64,000 nucleotides of DNA from Albugo candida. Taxonomy: Eukaryota. This document shows positions 11,515-22,059 of the stretch, in pieces; the stretch's first letter is position 1, and every line of letters begins with the position of its first letter. The notes under the pieces were generated by a model, which ran no database searches, was not told the DNA's origin, and worked only from the letters and a program-made list of their open reading frames with translations. Both the position numbers and the translations under genes were made by a program. The DNA lies in the NCBI GenBank assembly GCA_040437565.1, contig JBDOQK010000006.1, forward strand, positions 248,001 through 312,000, in the 5' to 3' direction.

Positions 11515-13765
11515 ACGTTTACGAGCTCATTTTGAGTCACAAGGCGAAGTCACTGACGCAGCTGTAGTCTTCACAAAAACCGACAAAAAATCACGTCGAT
11601 TCGGATTCGTTGGTTATAAAACGAGTGAGCAAGCTCGTCGCGCATGTGCGTATTTTCATCAAACTTATTTCGACAGCTGCAAAATAAACGTATCATTCGC
11701 TCTGCGGGTAAGTATTCAATTCCACTACAAACGTATCTCATATTTCCCGTGACAGAAAGCAGAAGAATCTTCTTATGGCATTCGACCTTGGAGTAAATAT
11801 TCGAAAGGTAGCTCGCAATTTGAAGCACAGCATAACACAAATGAAAAGAAACGAAAGTTGGCGTCGAAAAATACGACAGGAGCCAATCAAACCGATAAAT
11901 TTGAAGAATTCGCAGAAACTATGAAAGCGCGATCCAAGGCACGATTTTGGGCAAATGACGATGTGCAGAATGTTGAAACATCGATTCAGAAGAAAGAAGA
12001 AGACGGACTTGAAGTGGCAGAAACGTCCAATAGCGATTCTTCGGATGATACGATACGTCACTTATCAGACATGGAGTATCTTCGGTTTAAAGCTGCTAAA
12101 CGAGCAAAAAAACAGTCTTTGAAGATAGAAGAGAAGAAAAGCGATAAGAGCGATCACCCATCAGAGCCGAGCGCGGAAAAAGTACTCCATGGAATCCCAA
12201 GCGAGAATGATGCTGCATTTGTGTCAAATCGACTGTTTGTTCGCAATTTACCATATTCGGCTATGGAAGAAGATCTCAGAGCCATATTTGAGGCATCCAA
12301 AAAGGTCACAGAGGTTCATATTCCCTTAGATGAGACCAAGCGCCGTAAAGGTTTTGGTTTTGTTTTGTTCGAAACCGCGTCGGACGCACAAAAAGCACTC
12401 GTAAGTGTCGATGGAACAGCATTCCAAGGCCGAGTTTTACACGTGACATTTGCCGAAGCAAAACCAGAACAGGCAGCTGACCCGACGGATAATTCTCTGT
12501 CGTATCGAGAAAAGAAAACCCTCGAAAAACAAGCCAATGCCAACCAACCGATTGGTTGGAATGCCTCGCATATTCGAAGTGATGCTGCTGTTGGTACATT
12601 AGCTAGTCGCATGGGGATCGCCCGAAGCGATGTGCTGAGTCAAGAACATGGAAACATGGCGGTTCGGCTCGCACTCTGTGAAACTATGCTTGTCAAGGAA
12701 AACAAAGACTTTTTTGTCAATCACGGTGTCGACTTGTCAGCGATTCAGGGAGCTCTAATTAGCACCGACAAATCGGAAGCGAAAACGGAAATTTTGAGAA
12801 GCACAACTGTAATCTTGATCAAGAATTTACCGCATACGACTGAAGAAAATGAATTATGCCAAAAATTTGGTAAGTTTGGACAGATTTTGAAATTTCTATT
12901 GGCTCCTTCCAAAACCGTTGCGTTGATTGAGTTTGTCGAAGCTTCTGAAGCTCGAAAAGCATTTCGTTCTTTGGCGTATCGAAAGTACCAGCATGTTCCT
13001 TTGTATCTGGAATGGGCTCCATTGCACGTCTTCACGACAAAGTCGATAGAGTCGCAGAGAACGAATCCGGGCATCGTTGAAGCTGATCTCATGGACGAGC
13101 AAATCGGTGAAGCACCTTGCGTGGAGCTTCGGAATACGCTCTGTTTGAAGAATTTGAGTTTTACAACACGTGAGTCAACTTTGGAAACCTATTTCGGCAG
13201 ATTTGGGAAATTACGTAAGGTGACCATTGCCAAAACACGAGACAAACGAGGCGGCATTTTATCCATGGGATTCGGTTTTGTGGAATTTGCTGACGAAAAC
13301 GATGCACAGAATGCGCTCTCTGTTTCGGAACAGTCGTCTCCAGTTATTGATGGACATTCTTTGAGTGTCACGCTTTCACAGAAAAAGGTGGAGCGGAACA
13401 AAACGGATCAATATGGAAAAAGCTCATCGAAAATCATTATCAGAAATGTGGCGTTCGAGGCCACTATTCGCGACATCCGACACTTATGTGGAGCTTTCGG
13501 ACAACTGAAACGGGTTCGTATGCCCAAAAAATTTGATGGTCGACATCGTGGATTTGCGTTTGTTGAATATATGACGGAGCAAGAAGCGAAAGATGCGTTC
13601 AATTCACTGTGCAAATCGCATTTATATGGCCGCCATTTAGTATTGGAATGGGCAGAAGAAGAGGAAAACTCGGTCGAAAGTTTGCGAATTAAAGCTAAAC
13701 GAGATCTAATGTCACTATCAACCCCGCAAAAATGCGTACAAGAAGAAGACGATTTCTCAGAGTAG
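11438..13765 (+). CDS. RBM19: Multiple-RRM pre-rRNA processing protein RBM19/Mrd1, spliced (5' end also copied at 11199)
   Basis: Five RRMs (RLYVRNLP..SRRFGFVGY; RLFVRNLPY; ILIKNLP..PLYLEWAP; SMGFGFVEF; HRGFAFVEY..HLYGRHLVLEWAE) and the AVRLALCET linker. Confidence 0.92.
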
Positions 13766-13871
13766 CGCTATTGACATGAATTGCAATTGAATTGCGATTA
13801 CTTCAATTGAATTTTGTAATGTGAACAGTATGTACAAGCTCTATTATTTGATATAGTTGACTCTGTCTCTA

Positions 13872-15158
13872 TTATGTGAAACTCATCAAATGACATAATA
13901 ATTCTTCATCCTCTTTCTTGACAAATCGACCTTTGACTCGTAACCTTGAATTCGCAAATTTTTTCCGCACGTCATAATCAACTTTTTTGGCCCAAACTCG
14001 CCGTTTTCGTTTCTCCATAAACCGTTCGATGCGTTTCTTACGCGCTTCGGGGGAATAGCTTCCAATACATCGATCTGAATGAACCGACTTATCCGGGGAC
14101 TTGAAATTTATACTTTTACCATGTTTGGTTCTGCTGCTTGAAATCTGCATTTGCTTAAATTCTTCCAGATGTGCATGATCAAACTCTCCATTCTCGCATT
14201 CATCTTCAGATGAACTAATTGATCCAAGCCGATGGCCTCGTGGTTGCTTTTGACGCAGACTCCACAGATTGGTGTGTTCAATGCTTGTAGGGCTGTAACG
14301 ATGCTCCTGCGATACGTGACCTACAACCAGTGACCGCGCTTTTCGGATCAAAATCGGTTTGGACACTGATCGCTGACAGTACGCCGCAGCACACAAGTTA
14401 TCCAGTGAGATCTCATTAATCGTTGGCGTGGGTCTTTGAAAATATCTTCTACATGCTTCGATGTCCATTNNNNNNNNNNNNNNNNNNNNNNNNNNNNNNN
14501 NNNNNNNNNNNNNNNNNNNNNNNNNNNNNNNNNNNNNNNNNNNNNNNNNNNNNNNNNNNNNNNNNNNNNGCATTTGCTTAAATTCTTCCAGATGTGCATG
14601 ATCAAACTCTCCATTCTCGCATTCATCTTCAGATGAACTAATTGATCCAAGCCGATGGCCTCGTGGTTGCTTTTGACGCAGACTCCACAGATTGGTGTGT
14701 TCAATGCTTGTAGGGCTGTAACGATGCTCCTGCGATACGTGACCTACAACCAGTGACCGCGCTTTTCGGATCAAAATCGGTTTGGACACTGATCGCTGAC
14801 AGTACGCCGCAGCACACAAGTTATCCAGTGAGATCTCATTAATCGTTGGCGTGGGTCTTTGAAAATATCTTCTACATGCTTCGATGTCCATTCCCTGAGG
14901 AATCATTTCCACATCGTCCTCTGATCGAGAATCATCAGATAGCTCTTGCGTTGTATCGCTATATGCTTCGCTGTACTGTCTTCTGTGATAACCGTTGTAT
15001 CCATCAAGCGGATAAAAAGCTGCCAGTGATTTTGCCACATATAATTCCGTTTCATGGAAAGTATTCTGACGATATTTCCTCGCGTCATGCAGTAGAGAAC
15101 GGTTGGCCAACGCTCGATCAGATAATCGCATAAGTGTTTCTGCGACTTCGTTATCCAT
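13872..15158 (-). CDS. CCT-domain protein (CONSTANS/TOC1-type motif), about 287 aa after collapsing the duplication
   Basis: C-terminal IGSYSPEARKKRIERFMEKRKRRVWAKKVDYDVRKKFANSRLRVKGRFVK; no B-box or receiver domain visible. Confidence 0.85.
   Translation of the reverse strand: MDNEVAETLMRLSDRALANRSLLHDARKYRQNTFHETELYVAKSLAAFYPLDGYNGYHRRQYSEAYSDTTQELSDDSRSEDDVEMIPQGMDIEACRRYFQRPTPTINEISLDNLCAAAYCQRSVSKPILIRKARSLVVGHVSQEHRYSPTSIEHTNLWSLRQKQPRGHRLGSISSSEDECENGEFDHAHLEEFKQMXXXXXXXXXXXXXXXXXXXXXXXXXXXXXXXXXXMDIEACRRYFQRPTPTINEISLDNLCAAAYCQRSVSKPILIRKARSLVVGHVSQEHRYSPTSIEHTNLWSLRQKQPRGHRLGSISSSEDECENGEFDHAHLEEFKQMQISSSRTKHGKSINFKSPDKSVHSDRCIGSYSPEARKKRIERFMEKRKRRVWAKKVDYDVRKKFANSRLRVKGRFVKKEDEELLCHLMSFT
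14147..14892. repeat. Gap-flanking duplication 14147-14469 = 14570-14892
   Basis: 323 bp repeated; creates a false internal repeat in the 428-aa ORF. Confidence 0.95.
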
Positions 15159-15536
15159 AACAATGTTTTGCTTCTGTTGTGCTTACTTTTGAATTGTGAT
15201 TGTTTACGTGCATGAGGCGAACAGCGTATAAATATTTCATTCCGTACAAATTCGTATAAATTGCGAATAGAGTGTTCATATTGCGTCAAAGTCCTTTCTG
15301 GTACACTGTCGTGGTGAAGCCACGCATAGTTTAAAATTTATGAGCGAGAAAGCCAAACAAGTCGGTGGGACATACTTGTGTGGGTTTTACCGTTTGTACT
15401 TTCCTGACGTTTTCTCTTTTTTTTCTACCTTTTCTAATTATTTGACTATTTTGACAGACCGCAGCATCTAGGGGACGGGCTTGATTATCAAATTTAGAGC
15501 TCCTATTCGAACCTCCTAGAAAGTATAAGATATTAC

Positions 15537-16626
15537 ACAGTTTGGGTCCTGAATTCCGACGGACCAGTGGATCATCTTTTAGTCACAAAGGTTTTAATGT
15601 CTCAAAAAGCTCGTGCGACACTAAACTCGTCTTATGCGACATCACCCATTTCAAAATTACATTTTCGTCTAATTCTTCATGGTATACGTCAACTACTTTT
15701 CATCCTTGAGTGTCGTAACCGACATGGCAGCATTACGCTTGGAAATTATAAAAGCTGCTCCTAAGCAAAGCAGCGCCCACAGTCCCCAAAATAAAACAAT
15801 CCGAAACCCAATTCGATACGTACATGCTCGATCACATCCTACATGAGCCTTGTTAAGTGTGGCACCCAAAGTTGATTCGGTGACCTCCACCGATTGCTGT
15901 TTTAGAATCAGATTCATTATCAGACCCGGCACATAATTTGAAGCTGCGTAACCAAGAAGATTGTAGCTTGTGTACGCAACTGATGACGCCAGAGGTCGAA
16001 GCCGATTCGGTGCGGACGAAATGACGATACCNNNNNNNNNNNNNNNNNNNNNNNNNNNNNNNNNNNNNNNNNNNNNNNNNNNNNNNNNNNNNNNNNNNNN
16101 NNNNNNNNNNNNNNNNNNNNNNNNNNNNNNNACAGTTTGGGTCCTGAATTCCGACGGACCAGTGGATCATCTTTTAGTCACAAAGGTTTTAATGTCTCAA
16201 AAAGCTCGTGCGACACTAAACTCGTCTTATGCGACATCACCCATTTCAAAATTACATTTTCGTCTAATTCTTCATGGTATACGTCAACTACTTTTCATCC
16301 TTGAGTGTCGTAACCGACATGGCAGCATTACGCTTGGAAATTATAAAAGCTGCTCCTAAGCAAAGCAGCGCCCACAGTCCCCAAAATAAAACAATCCGAA
16401 ACCCAATTCGATACGTACATGCTCGATCACATCCTACATGAGCCTTGTTAAGTGTGGCACCCAAAGTTGATTCGGTGACCTCCACCGATTGCTGTTTTAG
16501 AATCAGATTCATTATCAGACCCGGCACATAATTTGAAGCTGCGTAACCAAGGAGATTGTAGCTTGTGTACGCAACTGATGACGCCAGAGGTCGAAGCCGA
16601 TTCGGTGCGGACGAAATGACGATACC
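15537..16626. repeat. Gap-flanking duplication 15537-16031 = 16132-16626, one mismatch seen
   Basis: 495 bp repeated; A15957 versus G16552. Confidence 0.95.
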
Positions 16627-18054
16627 AGAGCAAGCAGGTAAAATGCTAGCGCCGAAAAATAGCATTGTCCATAGAAAGAATGCAATGTACAATGTGTTGT
16701 GTATAAACGACACAGGAAGCGAAGCCGCACATGCCAAAGCTCCAAACACGACGCAAACCTGCAAGGCAATCGCTTCTTGTGTGGCCCCAGCGTATCCGCC
16801 ACATTGGTCGATACACCAACCCCCGAAAAAGACTCCAAGAATAGGACCTGTCCCACTCACCACGAGGTACGATAAGTGGATCGAGTACATCGAGTCACTT
16901 GTATTGGTCGACAAATATAAAGTGGTCCAAAATTGCACACCAGTTACGACGAAGAACAGCGCGGATAATGCGAGCACAATGCAAACATATACGCGAAGTT
17001 GTAAGAGTTCCATGCAATCTTTCCAAATATGATTGTCAAGGTCCTCTTCACAGGCTTTGTCGCATTCATCCGAGGAAGAGTTCTCCTCGCCTTGTTCTTC
17101 CTCAGAAAGCATGGAGTCTAGCACAAGTATTGGTTTCCGTCGTGGATTTTTCAACTTGACATTATCTTCAGGAACGAAAAATAAAAGCACGCTGAATGGG
17201 ATGAGAACAAGTGCTTGAAACAGGAACGGCCACCTCCAGCACAATATTCCACTGCATACCTGGTTTGCGCGAAGCTGTGAATTTTTGAGAACAATTTCGT
17301 CGCTAGTTCCAACATCGGGCGATGTCCACACTGTGACAGAACCCGCCAAATATCCAAGTGTGATGCCAATTGGTACTGCTGCTTGTAAATAACTCATCCA
17401 CCGAGCGCGTTTCGAGCGAGGCGCGTAATCATGTACCCATAGTGGAGAATATACGCAGTGAAATGCTTGGGAGCATCCAATGCACGCTCGGGAAATAATC
17501 AGCATAAATGTTGCATAAGACGCATCTTCTTTCGAGGGAGTTAATGCGAACAAACCAACTGCCAATATGTTCAAAACGAGCGTCCACGCGAGCACATTCC
17601 GAGGTGAGAATTTTTCAAACAGTGTGCTGCAGAAGGGAGATGCGAGTGATATTGCGATGTATACAATCGCACCCAGTAAGCCTTGCTCTTGCGGCGTCAA
17701 CACAAACGTAATCGTGAATGATTCGAGGAGCGCAGGTACTGCGCCAGCCTCGAGGTACATAAACACTTGAACGAGTAAGAGATAGCGAAATAAGTCTTCT
17801 GCCGTTGGCGATGAAATAGGCTCCGATATTGCCATAGAAGCTGCAATTCTTATTTTGTGAAAAGGAGAGGATAGAAAAGGAGTATCTGCAGGGACATCAC
17901 ACACAGTTGGAGGCGCTGTAGTGTTGTCAATAGTCTCGGTTTCATCCATTTGTTCTAGCTTTTGTATGGCGCCGTACGAATTGGAAGGTGCGTCACCCGT
18001 CTCTTTCATAATTAATGAATTCTTGCCTTTACGCACTAGATTCATGTACCGCAT
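16288..18054 (-). CDS. Major facilitator superfamily transporter, Spinster-like
   Basis: About 12 hydrophobic segments in two bundles. MYLEAGAVP, QGLLGAIVY, SRACIG, YSPLWVHDYAP, WRWPFL, GGWCIDQCGGY. Single exon; start could be a downstream Met. Confidence 0.88.
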   Translation of the reverse strand: MRYMNLVRKGKNSLIMKETGDAPSNSYGAIQKLEQMDETETIDNTTAPPTVCDVPADTPFLSSPFHKIRIAASMAISEPISSPTAEDLFRYLLLVQVFMYLEAGAVPALLESFTITFVLTPQEQGLLGAIVYIAISLASPFCSTLFEKFSPRNVLAWTLVLNILAVGLFALTPSKEDASYATFMLIISRACIGCSQAFHCVYSPLWVHDYAPRSKRARWMSYLQAAVPIGITLGYLAGSVTVWTSPDVGTSDEIVLKNSQLRANQVCSGILCWRWPFLFQALVLIPFSVLLFFVPEDNVKLKNPRRKPILVLDSMLSEEEQGEENSSSDECDKACEEDLDNHIWKDCMELLQLRVYVCIVLALSALFFVVTGVQFWTTLYLSTNTSDSMYSIHLSYLVVSGTGPILGVFFGGWCIDQCGGYAGATQEAIALQVCVVFGALACAASLPVSFIHNTLYIAFFLWTMLFFGASILPACSGIVISSAPNRLRPLASSVAYTSYNLLGYAASNYVPGLIMNLILKQQSVEVTESTLGATLNKAHVGCDRACTYRIGFRIVLFWGLWALLCLGAAFIISKRNAAMSVTTLKDEK

Positions 18055-18082
18055 ACTCTATTCTTGGAACATTAGGAAAGTC

Positions 18083-18718
18083 ATGATTCTTTCCAACGCG
18101 ACTAAGAAATGGTTTACGAGCGAAATGGTGTCTTTACTCGGGTTTTCAGAAGTTGGCGACATTGTCGAGCATATTGTTAGTAGTATACATACGAAAGATG
18201 AACTCGATTTGTATCTCTCGGACCTCTGCGGCGTTCCAATCGCCCGAATAGATCATATAAGCAAGCGGTTATTCTCGATAAGTGATTTGTCTCAACATGC
18301 TCATTCGAAGGAACCGCTTGTACCACCGCCATTAGTTGCGAATAATCGTCTCAAAGGATCGATAAAGACATCGAAAAAACGCGTTTCCAACAGAATTCAC
18401 AGTCACAAAATCAATTGTTTGCGGTGCGGTAAAATCGAATCAAATGGCGGTCAAAGATGCGTCTATTGTGATGCAGAACTCGTGTACGAAAAACTTGACG
18501 CTGATACGATAAAAAGTATTGTGAGCAAATTGCCGGAAGCGCCACACAAATTTGAGTCGCAAGGATATAAACAAATTTCGCCGCCCGCGCAAGAAAGTCT
18601 GTGTGCTGAAATTGCTTCTGCACTGGAAAAAAAACTCAAGAAAGAAAGAATGCAATTTAGTACCCGATCCGATATGAATAGTCTCATCGTAACATCCGAT
18701 GCACTATCGGATATCTGA
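18083..18718 (+). CDS. Reduced TRIP4/ASC-1/Rqt4-like protein with C4 zinc ribbon, 211 aa
   Basis: Helical N-terminus KKWFTSEMVSLLGF..DIVEHIV..DELDLYLSDLCG, plus INCLRCGKIESNGGQRCVYCD resembling the second half of the zf-C2HC5 finger. Confidence 0.55.
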   Translation: MILSNATKKWFTSEMVSLLGFSEVGDIVEHIVSSIHTKDELDLYLSDLCGVPIARIDHISKRLFSISDLSQHAHSKEPLVPPPLVANNRLKGSIKTSKKRVSNRIHSHKINCLRCGKIESNGGQRCVYCDAELVYEKLDADTIKSIVSKLPEAPHKFESQGYKQISPPAQESLCAEIASALEKKLKKERMQFSTRSDMNSLIVTSDALSDI

Positions 18719-21700
18719 TAACGCGTTGGCCAAGAGTTCCCATCAGACCTCGACCATTTGGTTTTATGGCAATGATATCATACCAGGGCTCGGCTAATAA
18801 GGTCTTGCGGCTATTGTTGACAACTATGGATGGATTTATTTGCCAAAGTATTGAGATCGAGTGTTTGTTTTTATAGACGTCGATGTTCCAATGAGCATTT
18901 GTATGCTGGCGGTGTTAGTACTAATAGCTCTTCCTGAGCGATTGAAGGAGTAATATCTGTTCCAACTATTGCATCTTTATATTATTATCAGTGTTTGCCT
19001 ACTCCCTGTCAGATATACCGAGATGAACTCACCTGATATATCGGATTACAGCCAAAGAATAGTATTATCGGCATTTATCTAATTCATTCGCTCATATCCA
19101 TATGCTGCGTCCATCTCCGTGCTCATGATTCTGAGCGCTCCGTACCTGGACTTTACGACAACTCATACTTCTCGGTCGTAAACACGGTGCTACCTTGAAT
19201 ATGATAGTCTTGTCGTCAGACTGAAACTTACGACAACTTCGACGTCATTCAAGATCACTCAAATGTTATTCTGCCTGCGTTACCTCTTGATACGTGATCC
19301 TAACACTTTGGGTGACCCATCGTCGGTAACAGTGCTGAGTTATTGTGCAAGATGCTTTTTGAGATGCGGTCTCAGTTATTTCTCAATTTTTGGAAGAAGC
19401 CTTGAAGGCATTAAGAAAGCCAAAGATGCTCTGTGTGCTAACAAATTATCGATACTGCTCTTATCATAGCACTATTGAAGATTCAGAATTAGCATTGTCC
19501 CAAGCGCCTTGATATCTGTCAATTCTGCTCATAAAAAACACAAGTTATTGGACGATGGCATTATACTTGCAATTCTTGACGTTCTTCTCCACTTTTGCAA
19601 AACACGTCGATTGTGCTATGCCTCGTGCGGGAACAACAGTCTTTGGACTCGGCTGATTGTCACACGTACAATCACGCTGTTTAAAAGTTTAACAGCAGGG
19701 TACAGATGTGCTTCTATGCATTCTGGGGATCTTGAGCATTGCTTGAAAAAAAACAGAATCAGCTTAACGTGAACAAGTCAAAATCATGACTGAGACTTCG
19801 TGGCCAAATACTACTATCTCAAAGACATGTGTACCTCCCCTGGTAAAGGTATTCTTATCAATGGGCCGCAAAGTACTTTATGTCCCTATTAGATCGTATC
19901 CGAAAATATTCTGCTACAAAAATGCACCATTGATACCTATAGTCGAGCTGCCGATGCGGGATCCAGCTGGTTTCATGAGACAAAGCACGTGATCCTCTCA
20001 CTGTCGCATCAACATTTTTATAATTGTGATGGAATTACAGATATTTTTTTGCGGAGAAAGCTGTACAAACTGAAAACGGGATGACCTGGGAAAAAGAACT
20101 TCTCTGTTAACAAGAATGTTCGCTATAGCATCGATTCGAAGTGACGGCATTCGACGCTCAGATACGTTGGAATCGTCGCTGGTTATAAGTATGTCTTAGA
20201 GGCACAGATGATCTATTTCAGCGGATAAAAGCTCACAACGCATAGCACGCGTCGCATTCGGTATTGATGAAGTTTAGCTGCTCCTATACACTCACTGGTG
20301 TCCAAGGGCAGCCTTTCAGATAGTGCACTGACGTCCGCTGCCCGGACGCTCCAGTTGGCTAAGGAGCTAATTTGCATGCATTTTCTTGCGAACCAGCACA
20401 TGCACATAGCTATGCGAGTTGAATAATGCGAAGTAGGACATCTTTATTGTCCTTATGCAAGCCAAATACCGCAAAGTGTTGGTGTGATTGATAGTGTCAA
20501 AGAATAGTGACGAAGGTACATTTTTGATTCGAAATACATTTTGCAGAATGACGTGTTGCATTCAAGTCACGTCGTGTGCGTACATTCACACTTATTTCGT
20601 CGGGTTTCTTTGCAACTCGGTGGCACTTTATGCTTGTTGATTATTCGTGATCGTCTTCCGGCTCGAACATATGGATACAAAAGCGTAGCAGTCCACGCCT
20701 GATAGTAGGCTTCTTATTTAGAAAATATCACTTGTATACCAGCCCTCTGGACGCCATTCTCACGCCTCTATGGGTCCCACCTCTTACTTTAGCCGGACGA
20801 TTCGAATGCTTCGTACAGTGTTGATAGCACATACCTGATGAAAATCAGTCTCGCGCTTTCGTGGCCGCGTGCCTGTATAATTAGCTCCGATAGCGTACAG
20901 AGACTTTGCGAAGTAGTGCGAAACCACTTAACATTGCATCAGCACCCTTTGTTGGCCACCAAAACGCTTGAAGAGATGGTTTATTGTACACAATTAAATA
21001 CTTTTGGAAATTTTGGAATCCATCGACCCAATCGAGATAATGAATTGCAGTGTCATTGTACAGTCAATATATGTCGTAGTGTTCCGAGGATATGGCGCTC
21101 TTTATAGTCGAGGCTTTTGCAGCCCAGCAAAGACACAATGATGCGACAAATACCCCTTCTGTGAGGACGACACCGGAAAGACAAATCGACATTTGACAAG
21201 CTATCTTGAATCTCGTTCTAATGTTTATATTTGCTGTTGACAGTTTTGTCTGGGCTGCACATTGTGACAGTGCACACCAATCTTTTTACCTTGGCACAGG
21301 CCGTAGTCCGAATATGAATATGGGGGCTGTCTTTTTGGTAACAAACAACTTACATTGTCAAACGCTGTTAAGTTATGCAGAAAGAGAGGCATCTCCGTGT
21401 ATTTATCCTGAAGGTGATTTCGACACAAACACACGTACAGGGACGTCTGAAGCACATCATTTCGGCATTCCTGCTCTGCGCGTTCAATAGCTCAAACTTA
21501 GCTATGACAGCTCAGCCGGCTTCCGCAACATTATATCTGATACGATAAATGAGACTCAATTTCGTTTAGAGTGTTTTGGTTCATCAAAGTAGGTTGATTT
21601 TGCTTGACGTTTTTCATAATATGGGTTCTGTGAGATGTGCGGAATCATTTCACTCTTAAAATTTCGTTCGTGATTTCTCATTTCGTCAATATCGTCGACC

Positions 21701-22059
21701 CCTACTCATCCGGGAGTCACCCACACGTTACTGCAACTCGTACTGGCATGAGTGAACTTATGGTGAAGTCGCTCAGCTGACATCCTGCCAGAATGAGCCG
21801 CTGACATATCAACTTTTTTCCTTCTAGTAAAGTGGCGTCCAATCCACTTGAACCGCGGTTGATAGATTTATATTACTAGAATTAGACTAATTGATCTCCC
21901 TTCGTGGCAAAGTTTCGACAGTGATAAACTCCACTTATGCATTGGACCGCAGTCAAGTAGCCAATCGAACTTAACATTTGGACTGCGCGTAATGTTCGGT
22001 TCGACACATCAAACGACGCGAATCTCTTCTGTCCGATCTTTTAGATCGCGTCTTTTACA

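Noticed and set aside
13777-13816. Cluster of AATTG motifs between convergent RBM19 and CCT stops
   Set aside because: Short AT-rich low-complexity 3' UTR sequence; no supportable structure
14147-14892. Perfect internal repeat in the CCT protein
   Set aside because: The copies flank a 100-N gap exactly like the other 13 cases; assembly artefact
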